A stretch of 64,000 bases of DNA from a virus. Its lineage: Duplodnaviria; Caudoviricetes. The stretch is taken from the IMG/VR virus record IMGVR_UViG_3300032167_000006; one strand, 5' to 3'. Within the stretch, counting starts at the first letter, position 1. The number at the start of each line of letters is the position of its first letter. This document shows positions 21,361 through 30,878 of the stretch, piece by piece. A program made the translations under genes and the position numbers. The notes beneath the pieces were generated by a model. The model searched no databases. It worked only from the letters and a program-made list of their open reading frames with translations, and was not told where the DNA came from.

Positions 21361-21546
21361 TTAACTAGAACATCTAGCATTGCTCATTATGCTAGATATT
21401 TCATCTGTAGTTTTTGCTGCATTAATTTTATCAATTATATAATCATCATATCCAAAATCTTTAGCAATCGATATAGCATCTTTCCTATAGATTTTCAATC
21501 TAACAATTCTTTCGTGTTCTTCAATTGATATTTTATCTTTTGCCAT
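21361..21546 (-). CDS. small helical phage protein (paralog of 37..261)
   Basis: AAGGAG RBS; shared motif with 37..261. Confidence 0.75.
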   Translation of the reverse strand: MAKDKISIEEHERIVRLKIYRKDAISIAKDFGYDDYIIDKINAAKTTDEISSIMSNARCSS

Positions 21547-21561
21547 TGTTGCTTCTCCTTA

Positions 21562-22014
21562 TTATTTTACATTTGTTGCTTTATTAAATGCTTTAGTTAT
21601 AGCATCGTAAATAATATCATTATCACGTAAATACATTTTATAAAGATCCCATTTATAATTATCGAGCATATGAGTGCCGATAATATCTCTAAATACCTCT
21701 ATAAAATACTTATTGATATTAACTTCTGTATTTATAGAAAGTATTCTTTCTTTTTGTCTAGATTTGATCTGATATGCGAGAACATGCATATTATTATCAT
21801 CCCTATTAATTGTAACTGTAAAGTCATAAACTACAGCTGTATTTTTAGGAAGATCTAATTCAGAAAATGAGTACTGATTGTCATCATTAATACAGCAAGA
21901 GCTTCTATTATAATCAGGATATAATCCTCTTATTTTACTTACATCTGTACCAACCAATGCAAATTTAGCAGATGCAATATGTTTGTTTTGTGTTGTGAAA
22001 ATTTCGATTTTCAT
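21562..22014 (-). CDS. hypothetical protein
   Basis: AAGGAG RBS; first gene of a three-gene minus-strand unit. Confidence 0.7.
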   Translation of the reverse strand: MKIEIFTTQNKHIASAKFALVGTDVSKIRGLYPDYNRSSCCINDDNQYSFSELDLPKNTAVVYDFTVTINRDDNNMHVLAYQIKSRQKERILSINTEVNINKYFIEVFRDIIGTHMLDNYKWDLYKMYLRDNDIIYDAITKAFNKATNVK

Positions 22015-22104
22015 TTTAATTTCTCCTTAATATGAAATAAATATTTGATAAAGGGTTTACCTTTTACACTATTATAATATGCAAATAATATTTTAAAAAA
22101 TGAC

Positions 22105-22130
22105 AGACCAAGGGATTTCTCCCTTGGTCT
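22105..22130 (-). terminator. intrinsic terminator
   Basis: AGACCAAGGGA-GAAA-TCCCTTGGTCT on minus strand, followed closely by a T tract. Confidence 0.8.
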
Positions 22131-22146
22131 ACTAAATTTATTTATT

Positions 22147-22611
22147 TTATTTCTTATTAGGTTTACGCTTTACAGGGAAGCCTTTAGATTTAAGATCCTT
22201 AACAAGATCAGTAGCCTTACCAATCTTATCCATAACAGCATCTTTAGCTTTTGTACCCTTACAGCAAGCTTTCTCAATCATAGCATTAACTGAAGCTTCA
22301 CTTTCAATAAGAAGACCAATGCTCTTAGCAGGAAGTTTATTAGCTTCAGCTACAACATCAAGAGCTTCAGCCATACTTCTAATTCCAGCATCTCTCATAA
22401 AAGGAGCTAAGAACTGAGATTCTGTGTAATAGCCCTCGCCGATCTGTACTACTGGTACCATTTCAACGGTAGCAGTATAGTTTGATTCTGCTTCTTCGAT
22501 ATCACCGTAAGCAGTTCTAACTTCAGATTCTCTTACAACACGAGCAGTATCAGGAAGATCGATTGCAGCACATTCTGCAAGAATGCTAAATGTATCTTTA
22601 ATATATGGCAT
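22147..22611 (-). CDS. probable abundant virion (internal head) protein
   Basis: start reassigned to ATG 22611 (AAGGAGG); own late motif; GCT/CTT/AAG-rich codons; basic C-terminus. Confidence 0.5.
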   Translation of the reverse strand: MPYIKDTFSILAECAAIDLPDTARVVRESEVRTAYGDIEEAESNYTATVEMVPVVQIGEGYYTESQFLAPFMRDAGIRSMAEALDVVAEANKLPAKSIGLLIESEASVNAMIEKACCKGTKAKDAVMDKIGKATDLVKDLKSKGFPVKRKPNKK

Positions 22612-22634
22612 AATAAAATACCTCCTTTTAAATT

Positions 22635-22647
22635 TTACTTTGATGTT
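22635..22647 (-). promoter_or_regulatory. late-promoter motif overlapping a stop codon
   Basis: AACATCAAAGTAA (minus) upstream of 22611. Confidence 0.6.
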
Positions 22648-23411
22648 TTGTCTTTGACAATAACACACATGATTTTATTAGTGCCAGAAGGAGCATTAGA
22701 TTTAATATCAGCGATATGATTTCTAATATCTCCTTTAATTCTATCATTTTCAGGAAGATTATAAGAACCATCAGCATTGACATATATTTTATGGTTATTA
22801 AATACTTCCATTCTTTTCTTATCAAGTTCTTCTTTAGTTGCTTGCTCTGCAGCATCTATAGCATCAAGAAGATCTGGATTTATATAATTATAATAAGATT
22901 CAATAAATGGTCTATAACCACCACGAATTTTATTAGTAGGGATAAACATATAAGAATTATGTACCATATCATGCACAGTTGCAGATAATGGTATTAATCC
23001 AACCCAAGATATGTAATGAAGATATAAAACTTCTTCTGCCACAGCATTAATATTTAAATCTTCATTCATAGCAGATCTTTTTCTAAATACAATTACACAA
23101 ATATCATATAAAGTAAATGGCGAATGATGAATTTCAATTCTTACTTTAGATTCTGCTTTATTAGTAACATTTTCTAATACAGCACATTCATTCATTCCTT
23201 CAATATTACGTAAATATCCGATAAATTGTCTATATTCAAAAGAATTTCTTACAATTCTTTCAAGGTCTGCAATATATCTATCAAATGATTTTGAATCATT
23301 AAAATCATATGGTTCCGCATCATAATAGGGTAACTCTTTTATATCTAATATGGTTGTACCACCATCAGTATAAATAGTATCAATAGGATTTAATCCCTCA
23401 ACATTCATCAT
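22635..23411 (-). CDS. His-rich, HNH-like late protein (paralog of 639..1265)
   Basis: EIHHSPFTL...LH...LSATVHDMVH; late motif. Confidence 0.55.
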   Translation of the reverse strand: MMNVEGLNPIDTIYTDGGTTILDIKELPYYDAEPYDFNDSKSFDRYIADLERIVRNSFEYRQFIGYLRNIEGMNECAVLENVTNKAESKVRIEIHHSPFTLYDICVIVFRKRSAMNEDLNINAVAEEVLYLHYISWVGLIPLSATVHDMVHNSYMFIPTNKIRGGYRPFIESYYNYINPDLLDAIDAAEQATKEELDKKRMEVFNNHKIYVNADGSYNLPENDRIKGDIRNHIADIKSNAPSGTNKIMCVIVKDKTSK

Positions 23412-23427
23412 ATTAGATCACCTCCAA

Positions 23428-23440
23428 TTACATGAATGTT
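23428..23440 (-). promoter_or_regulatory. late-promoter motif
   Basis: AACATTCATGTAA (minus) upstream of 23411. Confidence 0.7.
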
Positions 23441-23462
23441 CACCCTATTCGATTGAATTGCT

Positions 23463-24233
23463 TTATTTTAGCGTCATCGTATTTGATTCAGCTATAGAAT
23501 CTAATGCAGTTTTTGTATCTTCTATAATATCTTTATTAGTAAATTTATCAATTATAGCTTTAGCTGCATCGCATGCTACATCAGTTTTTGATTTATTTGT
23601 GCTTTTAATATCAATTTGTCTGGAAGATACTTCTGATTTAAAATATATCACTCTTTTAGATGCTAACTTATAATACTTTGAAGGCATAAATACATATTCA
23701 GTTTTACATTTAGAGCATCTTGTTTCTAATGCATCTGGATTAGTTTTACTTCTATTAAATATAAATTTATCAGTAGAATCACATTCACTACAAGTAAATG
23801 TATTAATATCTATTACATCATCATCCACATTTAAATCATATATTTCATCATCTTCAATAATATTTGTAGGGGTTGTTTCATTAGTTATGGCTGTATGATC
23901 ATGGTCTATAATATATTGATCATGCTGATGTAACTCTTTGATTTTATTTTTTAAAAATTGTAATTTTTGTTTGATGAGTTTATATTTAGTTTGAGGTATA
24001 TATTTATATATGCATAAATATGTATTATGCTCTATATCTATAAATATTACATAAGATGCATTTTGTATTGATGTGATATGTATATAACCATCTTTATTAA
24101 TATTAGATTTATATTTACCATCTGTATAAATAGCATCTGTAGACGCATAAAAACTTCTATCTATCTGTATAACTTCATCAAATACTTCATATTTATCAAA
24201 TAAGTTACATAAATCATCAAGTGTTCGTACCAT
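23463..24233 (-). CDS. hypothetical protein with zinc ribbon
   Basis: CSEC...CSKC. Confidence 0.65.
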   Translation of the reverse strand: MVRTLDDLCNLFDKYEVFDEVIQIDRSFYASTDAIYTDGKYKSNINKDGYIHITSIQNASYVIFIDIEHNTYLCIYKYIPQTKYKLIKQKLQFLKNKIKELHQHDQYIIDHDHTAITNETTPTNIIEDDEIYDLNVDDDVIDINTFTCSECDSTDKFIFNRSKTNPDALETRCSKCKTEYVFMPSKYYKLASKRVIYFKSEVSSRQIDIKSTNKSKTDVACDAAKAIIDKFTNKDIIEDTKTALDSIAESNTMTLK

Positions 24234-25209
24234 TCAATATATCCTCGCTTTGTAATTCTTCATCATCAATTTCTATTTGTTCATCTATATCTTCATAATG
24301 GATGGCTTCATCTGCTAAAGCGGAGAATCTTTCATAATGCTCTCTAAATATAGTATCTAAAGATTCATCATCTATATCACCAGCAATACTATCATCATCA
24401 GGTTGCTTGTATACAGGCTCAAAAACCACTTTTAATTTTTTAGGTTTTGGATTTTTAAATAATGTTTCATATATAGGATAGAATTTTGATTTAACAAAAT
24501 CTTCATCATTTAAATCAGTTAAACAAGCTAATTCATATAAGGCATTTGAATAATAAGCATTATAACTAAATATCTTTATAAATTTAAGAATGTCTTTACC
24601 AGTAAATCCATTTGGTAATCTACTCATAATAATCTCTGGATCTGCATAAGTGTACTGAGTATCTTCTATATATTTTAATTTATCATAATTATCTGGAGCA
24701 TGATTATGAAATTCGAATCTGCTTATAATACCATCTTTTATAAGATTTTTAAAATGCTTTGAATAGCAGTTATTAGCAATTTCATCTGAAATTTTATTTA
24801 ATACATTATTTGATAAATTATCAATATGCATATAGATACTTTCCCATTCTTCAGGAGTTCCGCCAATAAGCAAATAATGCTTTTCATGTATAATTAATAT
24901 TTCATCGCCATCTGGATCAAATCTACCAGTATTTTCTTCATATGATGAATGTAAAACTTTACTAATTATATCGCATACAGATGCATGTATTGCATCTTGA
25001 AGTTCTATAACGTGACTAAAATAATCTTTAGAAAATGAGAGAAGCATTATGAGATAATTTTCAGAATTCCATATTATATTAGAATAACAGTAAGAATCGG
25101 TATTTACTATTTTAATATTATTACCCTTAGGATTTTTTATATTTATATCACTAGAAACTTCTGATTCTGATTTTTTAAAAATCTTATTTAAAATATTTTT
25201 AATACTCAT
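24217..25209 (-). CDS. hypothetical protein with acidic C-terminus
   Basis: 330-aa ORF directly downstream of thyA. Confidence 0.65.
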   Translation of the reverse strand: MSIKNILNKIFKKSESEVSSDINIKNPKGNNIKIVNTDSYCYSNIIWNSENYLIMLLSFSKDYFSHVIELQDAIHASVCDIISKVLHSSYEENTGRFDPDGDEILIIHEKHYLLIGGTPEEWESIYMHIDNLSNNVLNKISDEIANNCYSKHFKNLIKDGIISRFEFHNHAPDNYDKLKYIEDTQYTYADPEIIMSRLPNGFTGKDILKFIKIFSYNAYYSNALYELACLTDLNDEDFVKSKFYPIYETLFKNPKPKKLKVVFEPVYKQPDDDSIAGDIDDESLDTIFREHYERFSALADEAIHYEDIDEQIEIDDEELQSEDILNGTNT

Positions 25210-25224
25210 AAATATCTTCCCTTC

Positions 25225-26106
25225 TTATATTGCCACTTCAAGTTTAACCTGAGGATTAATCTTGGCAATTTCTTTAGCATCATATCCTTTAATAGTAATA
25301 TCATCCATTGTAATATCATAGAAGTTTTTCTTTTCAGGATTAATAATAATCTCAGGATGCACTTCAATAGATTCTCTTTTAAGAATTTCTTTAGCAATTG
25401 GAATATGACGATCATAAATCTGAATATTCATCATAAAGTGTGTAAATATACCAGGTTCAAAACCAAAGTGATGAGCTACAAGCATATTAAATACAGCATA
25501 CTGTGTTGGATTAATACCACTTGCTGCTGTAAGATAGTCACATGATCTTTGATAAAGAGAACTATCAAGATATGTTTTACCATCTTTACCATGACGAACC
25601 ATAAATTGTGTTTGCATTGCACAAGGTTTAAGACCATGAGGTTTAAGTTGCTCTTGCGGATTCCAAAGTGTAAGAATATGATATCTACTATCAGGATTTT
25701 TAGCAATACTATCAAGAACATAACGATTCATAAGATCATGCTCTTTAACAATCTGACCATATGTAGCACCTATATTTCTATGACCATTTTCATCTACTCC
25801 AATTGACCAATCATCCCACCATGTAACACCATATTTATCTTTAAGAACTTCAAGATCTGAAGTCTGGTCTTGGTAAATCCAAAGGATTTCTTTAATACCA
25901 CTTTTTACAGCTACAGGCCTAAGAGTCATTACAGGAAACTCACCTTTAGAAAGATCATACTGACACATTGCACCATTAATACTTAATGTATGAGCAGGGG
26001 TTCCATCTGCCCAATGAGGTCTAGGATTAATATCTTCACAGCCTTCATTTAAAATTTTTGTAAGAATTTCCTTACAATATTCATCTGCTTTATTTACGTA
26101 TTTCAT
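25225..26106 (-). CDS. thyA: thymidylate synthase
   Basis: EILWIYQ, LKPCAMQTQF (catalytic Cys), YQRSCD, specificity Asn in GINPTQY, QIYDRH. Confidence 0.93.
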   Translation of the reverse strand: MKYVNKADEYCKEILTKILNEGCEDINPRPHWADGTPAHTLSINGAMCQYDLSKGEFPVMTLRPVAVKSGIKEILWIYQDQTSDLEVLKDKYGVTWWDDWSIGVDENGHRNIGATYGQIVKEHDLMNRYVLDSIAKNPDSRYHILTLWNPQEQLKPHGLKPCAMQTQFMVRHGKDGKTYLDSSLYQRSCDYLTAASGINPTQYAVFNMLVAHHFGFEPGIFTHFMMNIQIYDRHIPIAKEILKRESIEVHPEIIINPEKKNFYDITMDDITIKGYDAKEIAKINPQVKLEVAI

Positions 26107-26188
26107 GTCATTTTTCTCCTTTATTATATTTAATTAAAAGTATTAATATTATTAAATTTGTACAAGTCGACGTCTATTTTTCACTATG

Positions 26189-26201
26189 GACATATGTGTA
26201 A
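26189..26201 (+). promoter_or_regulatory. late-promoter motif
   Basis: GACATATGTGTAA upstream of 26228. Confidence 0.65.
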
Positions 26202-26227
26202 AGTAAAGTAAATTGGAGGTTGGTAGC

Positions 26228-26404
26228 ATGTCAGATATTACACGCGGTGTTTTAGGTCAAACTATCGATGGTGTTGTAGAATACTTCTATCCTAAGACTG
26301 AAGCCGATTTGGTTGAATGTAAAGATGGTAAAAATGTAGAAGAAAAAATAGAAGAATTGGAGTCAAAAATTAAGGAATTAGAAGAGAGAATACAAGCTCT
26401 CTAA
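26228..26404 (+). CDS. small fibre adaptor (PKT motif plus coiled coil)
   Basis: ATG 26228 after GGAGG; YFYPKTEADLV; own late motif. Confidence 0.65.
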   Translation: MSDITRGVLGQTIDGVVEYFYPKTEADLVECKDGKNVEEKIEELESKIKELEERIQAL

Positions 26405-26417
26405 TCCGATAATTTTG

Positions 26418-26430
26418 AACAAAATAGTAA
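26418..26430 (+). promoter_or_regulatory. late-promoter motif
   Basis: AACAAAATAGTAA upstream of 26458. Confidence 0.6.
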
Positions 26431-26457
26431 ATCATTTTATATTGGGAGGTAGTATAT

Positions 26458-26733
26458 TTGGAAACTAAAAAGGTTATATTAAATAAAAAAATAGACGGTA
26501 CTAGATATAGAATTCTCCCCAAGACAAGTGCTGATATTGTTACTTTTGATGATGAAATGTCTGTTAAAGAAAAAATTTTATCTATGGAAGATAATATGGT
26601 ATCTGTTGAATATGTTACTGAAACTATTGATAAAGCAGTAGAAAAATCAGTAGAAGAAACCGTAACAGAAACAATAGAAAAGACAGTAACTGATACAATA
26701 GAAGCAACGGTTTTTGATGGGGGTGAAATTTAA
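26458..26733 (+). CDS. small fibre adaptor (PKT motif; C-terminal FDGG)
   Basis: TTG start after GGAGG; ILPKTSADIV; late motif. Confidence 0.65.
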   Translation: METKKVILNKKIDGTRYRILPKTSADIVTFDDEMSVKEKILSMEDNMVSVEYVTETIDKAVEKSVEETVTETIEKTVTDTIEATVFDGGEI

Positions 26734-26736
26734 AAC

Positions 26737-27096
26737 ATGGCCGATATTAGATTTAAAAGAGGTACCGAACAAAGATGGCGTGAGCTTAATCTTTTATTAG
26801 AGAATGGCGAGCCTGGATTTGAATATGATACCGGTAAACTAAAAATAGGCGATGGTGTTCATAGATGGTTAGAGTTAGAATATGTAGGTTCACATGCTAC
26901 AAGCAATATTGAATTTATTGAAAAATATGACGACCTTCCCAGAATTGGAACAGCTAATAAACTTTATGCTGTTGCTGAAGATAAATTAATTTATTTATGG
27001 AATACTACATCGCTTAAATATGAATCTTTTGGTAGTTCGGGATCTTTTGATCCCTCTATAATATCAAATATAAATGGAGGTACAGCAAATGGCTGA
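26737..27096 (+). CDS. Mtd_N-like fibre adaptor
   Basis: IRFKRGT..W..LLENGEPGFEYDTGKLKIGDG..W..LEY, the major tropism determinant/hyaluronidase N-terminal motif. Confidence 0.75.
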   Translation: MADIRFKRGTEQRWRELNLLLENGEPGFEYDTGKLKIGDGVHRWLELEYVGSHATSNIEFIEKYDDLPRIGTANKLYAVAEDKLIYLWNTTSLKYESFGSSGSFDPSIISNINGGTANG

Positions 27097-28435
27097 AATT
27101 AATACTAGTATTCAACTTCGTCATGATACTACAGAAAATTGGGAAACCAATAAGTCTAAGGTTCTTAAAGATGGCGAGGCTGGTGTTGAATTCCAAGAGT
27201 CAGGTAAAGTGGCTCTTAAAATTGGTCGCGATGGAAAAACATGGGATGAGCTTGATTATTTTGCAAGTGCCAACCCTGCTAAAGTATATCAGGTTGAGCT
27301 TGGTGAAAACGAGCTTGATATTGATGGTATTGAGCGTGTTGTTAATGGCGCAGAGCTTCAGTCAGGCGATTTAGCTATTGTTATGTCTGGTATCGCTGGT
27401 TCTGCTAAATCATATACTTCATACGTATATGATGGTGCTAACTGGACAGCTACAGATGGTAACTACAGCGCTGATAATGTTTATTTCAAAGATGACCTTA
27501 CTGTAACTGCTGCTATTGGTACAGTTACTGCAGATGATATTTCTGATGGTAATGGCTCATACACACTTTCTGCAGGTGGTAAGAACATTGCTCAGGTTTT
27601 AGGTTCTCTCTTAGCTGAAGCTAAAGATCCTGATGTTGATCTTCCTTCAGTAACATTATCTGCATCTGGTGGTAGTGGTGAGGTTGGTACATCATATACT
27701 CTTCCCACAGCTACACTTAAAGTAGATGATGTAGGTAGTTATACTTATGGTTCTAAAGATGCTGCTGGTACTAAATATGGTGCTTTAGATACAGGTGTTG
27801 TTTTCGCTACAGGCGATATGACACTTTCTATTGGTGATAAGTCAGTATCTAATGAATCTGATTTAACAACTGACGGTAAAATTACTATTACTGCTGAGGA
27901 TACAGCTTCTCTTTATACAGATACAGCTAAGTCTTATACATTTAAGGCTACTGCAGAATATACTGCTAGCGCAGATAGAGTTCCTGTAAATAACCTTGGT
28001 GATAAAGTTGAGTCTAAAAAGATTGGTGATGGATCTGTTACTATTGATGATAAGAAAGTAACATTCACTGGTTGGAGAAAAATGTTCATGGGCACTCTCA
28101 CTGATACCAGTGCAGCATTAACTTCTGATGTGATTAGAGGTTTATCACTTGTTAGCAAACAGGCATCTAAGACAGCTCAGACTTTCACTGTTCCTGTTGG
28201 TGCTAAAAAGATTGTTGTTGCATTCCCGAATTCATTCTCTACTAAAGAGCCTGGTTTTGAATACTTTACAATGTCTTGGGAAGGTTTCTCTGGCTTCGTT
28301 TCTGCTGGTACTGTACAGGTTGCAGATGCTCGTGGCGGTGAGAATGGTTTAACTGCATACAACGTTTATACATTTACACATGCAAGTGCAACTGGTTTTG
28401 AGGCTGATACTCAATTCCGTGTTACACTTAAGTAA
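27089..28435 (+). CDS. Mtd_N-like fibre protein with C-terminal beta domain
   Basis: start at ATG 27089; IQLRHDT..NW...LKDGE.G....LKIG.DG..W.ELDY. Confidence 0.7.
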   Translation: MAEINTSIQLRHDTTENWETNKSKVLKDGEAGVEFQESGKVALKIGRDGKTWDELDYFASANPAKVYQVELGENELDIDGIERVVNGAELQSGDLAIVMSGIAGSAKSYTSYVYDGANWTATDGNYSADNVYFKDDLTVTAAIGTVTADDISDGNGSYTLSAGGKNIAQVLGSLLAEAKDPDVDLPSVTLSASGGSGEVGTSYTLPTATLKVDDVGSYTYGSKDAAGTKYGALDTGVVFATGDMTLSIGDKSVSNESDLTTDGKITITAEDTASLYTDTAKSYTFKATAEYTASADRVPVNNLGDKVESKKIGDGSVTIDDKKVTFTGWRKMFMGTLTDTSAALTSDVIRGLSLVSKQASKTAQTFTVPVGAKKIVVAFPNSFSTKEPGFEYFTMSWEGFSGFVSAGTVQVADARGGENGLTAYNVYTFTHASATGFEADTQFRVTLK

Positions 28436-28453
28436 TAAAGGAGGTAATGATTA

Positions 28454-30790
28454 ATGGCTAAGAAATATGGTGAAAACTCTACAGTAGATTTTGCTGCTGG
28501 AAACTTAATGTCATTTGGTAAATCATTTTCAAGACTTAGCGGTCAGCCTCTTGACAAATCTGAAATTTGGTATAATGACCTTGAAGCTCTTAGAGCATAC
28601 GCTCTTACAGATGCTGCATTCGTAGGTCAGAAAGTTGTTTATATTGATACAACTGCTAGCACTGTAACTCATTACAGCATTGAGCTTGATGGTTCTCTTA
28701 AAGAGATTGGTGTTAAGCCACTTGGCGATGCTGCATCAATTACAGTTAGTGAGGCCGGTGTTGTTAGTCTTAAGAATTTTGGTGTTGAGTATTATAGACT
28801 TCTTACTAGTGATGAGGAAGGTTATAAAGAAGGCGAAGCAACTTATGTTCTTCAGACTGTAGACGCTGATCATCCTTGGAAGAGTGGTCTTGTTCCGAGA
28901 GTACTTGATGGTGCTATCGCTTGGTATGAGCCTTCTAACGTAACTGTTGAGGGTCTTAATGATACAGTAGGTTCATTACAGACTTCAGTAGATGCTAATG
29001 AGCAGGCTATTGGTGCTCTTGAAACTGTAGTTGGCGATGCTACTTCTGGTCTTGTAAAAGAAGTTGCTGATAATAAGGCTGCTTTTGATGCTTTTGCTGA
29101 AGAGCATACTTACACTGATGATGATATCGATGCTAAAGTAGCTGGCGCTTTCCACTTCCGTGGTGATGCTGAGCTTGAAGTTGGCGAAGATGAAGCTTGG
29201 ACAGGTAATCTTGTTAAAGATGGAGCTGTAATTGCTTCTCCTATAAATGGCGATGTATATCAGGTTGGCGAAGTAGAGTACGCTTATGATGGTTCTAAGT
29301 GGGTTAAGCTTGGTTTTACTCTTGATCTTACAGGTTATGCTACAAAGATTGAGCTTAATACTGCTAAGGAAGATCTCCAGGGTCAGGTAGATGATTTAGT
29401 AGATGCTGATGAGGCTCTTGCTGAAAAAGATACTGAGCTTGAAGGTTTAATTGGCGGTCTTCGTACAGATGTTGATGCTATCAATAATGAGACTTCTGGT
29501 GCTGTTGCAACTGCTAAGGCTTATACAGATGATGAAATCTCTAAACTTAATGTAAGTCAGTATGCAACAACTGAGGCTCTTGGTGAGACTAATGAAGCTG
29601 TAGCTGCTAATACTGGCTTGATTACAGAGCATAAGACTCTTCTTGATACAGTTAAGGCTACTGCAGATGCTGCTGCTACACAGACAGTTGTTAATGCTAT
29701 AGATGAGAGACTTAAGACAGCTGAAGCTGGTGTTAGTACAAATGCTGGTAATATTACTACCAATACTAATGCTATTTCTGCTCTTCAGACATCACAGGCT
29801 ACTCAGGATACAGCTATCGAGAAGAATAAGACAGACCTTGCCGATTTAACAAAAACTGTTGGTACAAACACATCAGATATATCTGGCATTAAAGGACAGA
29901 TTACTTCTATTTCAGAAGCATCTAGTAAGAATACTTCAGATCTTGCTGCTCTTACAACTAGAGTAGATACAGCTGAAGGTACTATTGCTGGACATACAAC
30001 AAGTATTGGCGATAATGCTACTGCTATAGCAGGTAATAAATCACTTATTGATGCTCTTACACCTAGAGTTACTGCTGTAGAGGGTAAAGTTACAACTCTT
30101 GAGTCTGATAATACAACTAATAAATCTGCTATCTCTGCTCTTCAGGGCTTAGTTGGTGTTAAGGCTGAAGGTGAAACTGCTGCTACTGGTCTTCATAAGG
30201 CTGTAGATGATTTGGCTGCTGTTGTTGATACTAAAGCTAACACTAACGATGTATATAGCAAGACTGCCGCAGATGAAGCTATTGCTGCTGCTGTAGCTGC
30301 TGTAGATCATCTTAAGAGAAAGATTGTTGAAGCTCTCCCTGAAGTTGCTTCTGCTGATGCTAATACCATTTACATGGTTAAAGATGCTGATGCTAAGGGT
30401 GATGATAAGTATAAGGAATACATGGTTATTGATGGTGCATTTGCTTGCATTGGCGATACAACTGTAGACCTTACAAATTACGTTCAGAAAGATGATACAA
30501 CTTATACAACAGCTCTTCAGGATATTACTAATCTTAAGAATGTAGGTTCTCAGGCTAACGTACTTGAAGCTGTAAAAGTTAATGGTATAGCTCTTGAGAT
30601 AACTGATAAGGCTGTTAACATCGGTATTGCTACAGATACTGTTCTTGGTGTTGTTCTTAGCAGCACTGCAGATAATAAAGTTTCTGTTGGTGCTGACGGT
30701 ACAATGGAAGTTAATAAATTAAATGTAAATAAGCTTGTTCAGACTGAAGGCGAAGAGCTTATTCTCTTTGGCGGTACTTCTGCTAACTAA
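28454..30790 (+). CDS. long coiled-coil fibre protein
   Basis: N-terminal QPLD motif; long Ala/Thr heptad runs; VEALP..ADANTIYMV; QANVLEAVKVNG. Confidence 0.7.
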   Translation: MAKKYGENSTVDFAAGNLMSFGKSFSRLSGQPLDKSEIWYNDLEALRAYALTDAAFVGQKVVYIDTTASTVTHYSIELDGSLKEIGVKPLGDAASITVSEAGVVSLKNFGVEYYRLLTSDEEGYKEGEATYVLQTVDADHPWKSGLVPRVLDGAIAWYEPSNVTVEGLNDTVGSLQTSVDANEQAIGALETVVGDATSGLVKEVADNKAAFDAFAEEHTYTDDDIDAKVAGAFHFRGDAELEVGEDEAWTGNLVKDGAVIASPINGDVYQVGEVEYAYDGSKWVKLGFTLDLTGYATKIELNTAKEDLQGQVDDLVDADEALAEKDTELEGLIGGLRTDVDAINNETSGAVATAKAYTDDEISKLNVSQYATTEALGETNEAVAANTGLITEHKTLLDTVKATADAAATQTVVNAIDERLKTAEAGVSTNAGNITTNTNAISALQTSQATQDTAIEKNKTDLADLTKTVGTNTSDISGIKGQITSISEASSKNTSDLAALTTRVDTAEGTIAGHTTSIGDNATAIAGNKSLIDALTPRVTAVEGKVTTLESDNTTNKSAISALQGLVGVKAEGETAATGLHKAVDDLAAVVDTKANTNDVYSKTAADEAIAAAVAAVDHLKRKIVEALPEVASADANTIYMVKDADAKGDDKYKEYMVIDGAFACIGDTTVDLTNYVQKDDTTYTTALQDITNLKNVGSQANVLEAVKVNGIALEITDKAVNIGIATDTVLGVVLSSTADNKVSVGADGTMEVNKLNVNKLVQTEGEELILFGGTSAN

Positions 30791-30801
30791 TTAAAATAAA
30801 T

Positions 30802-30833
30802 TATAGAGAGGGTAAATAAATACCCTCTCTATA
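30802..30833 (+). terminator. intra-operon stem-loop
   Basis: TATAGAGAGGGTA-aataaa-TACCCTCTCTATA. Confidence 0.65.
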
Positions 30834-30878
30834 TTTTAAATATATAAATAAAAATAAATTAAAGGAGATATATTTAAT

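Noticed and set aside
22050-22100. Early promoter upstream of 22014 (GCATATTATAATAG on minus strand)
   Set aside because: Resembles TATATTAT-type jumbo-phage early motifs and a sigma -10 box, but a single instance in AT-rich DNA cannot be supported
25225-26106. Base-modifying hydroxymethylase instead of ThyA
   Set aside because: The dUMP-specific Asn and the other ThyA motifs are present; no modification cluster adjacent
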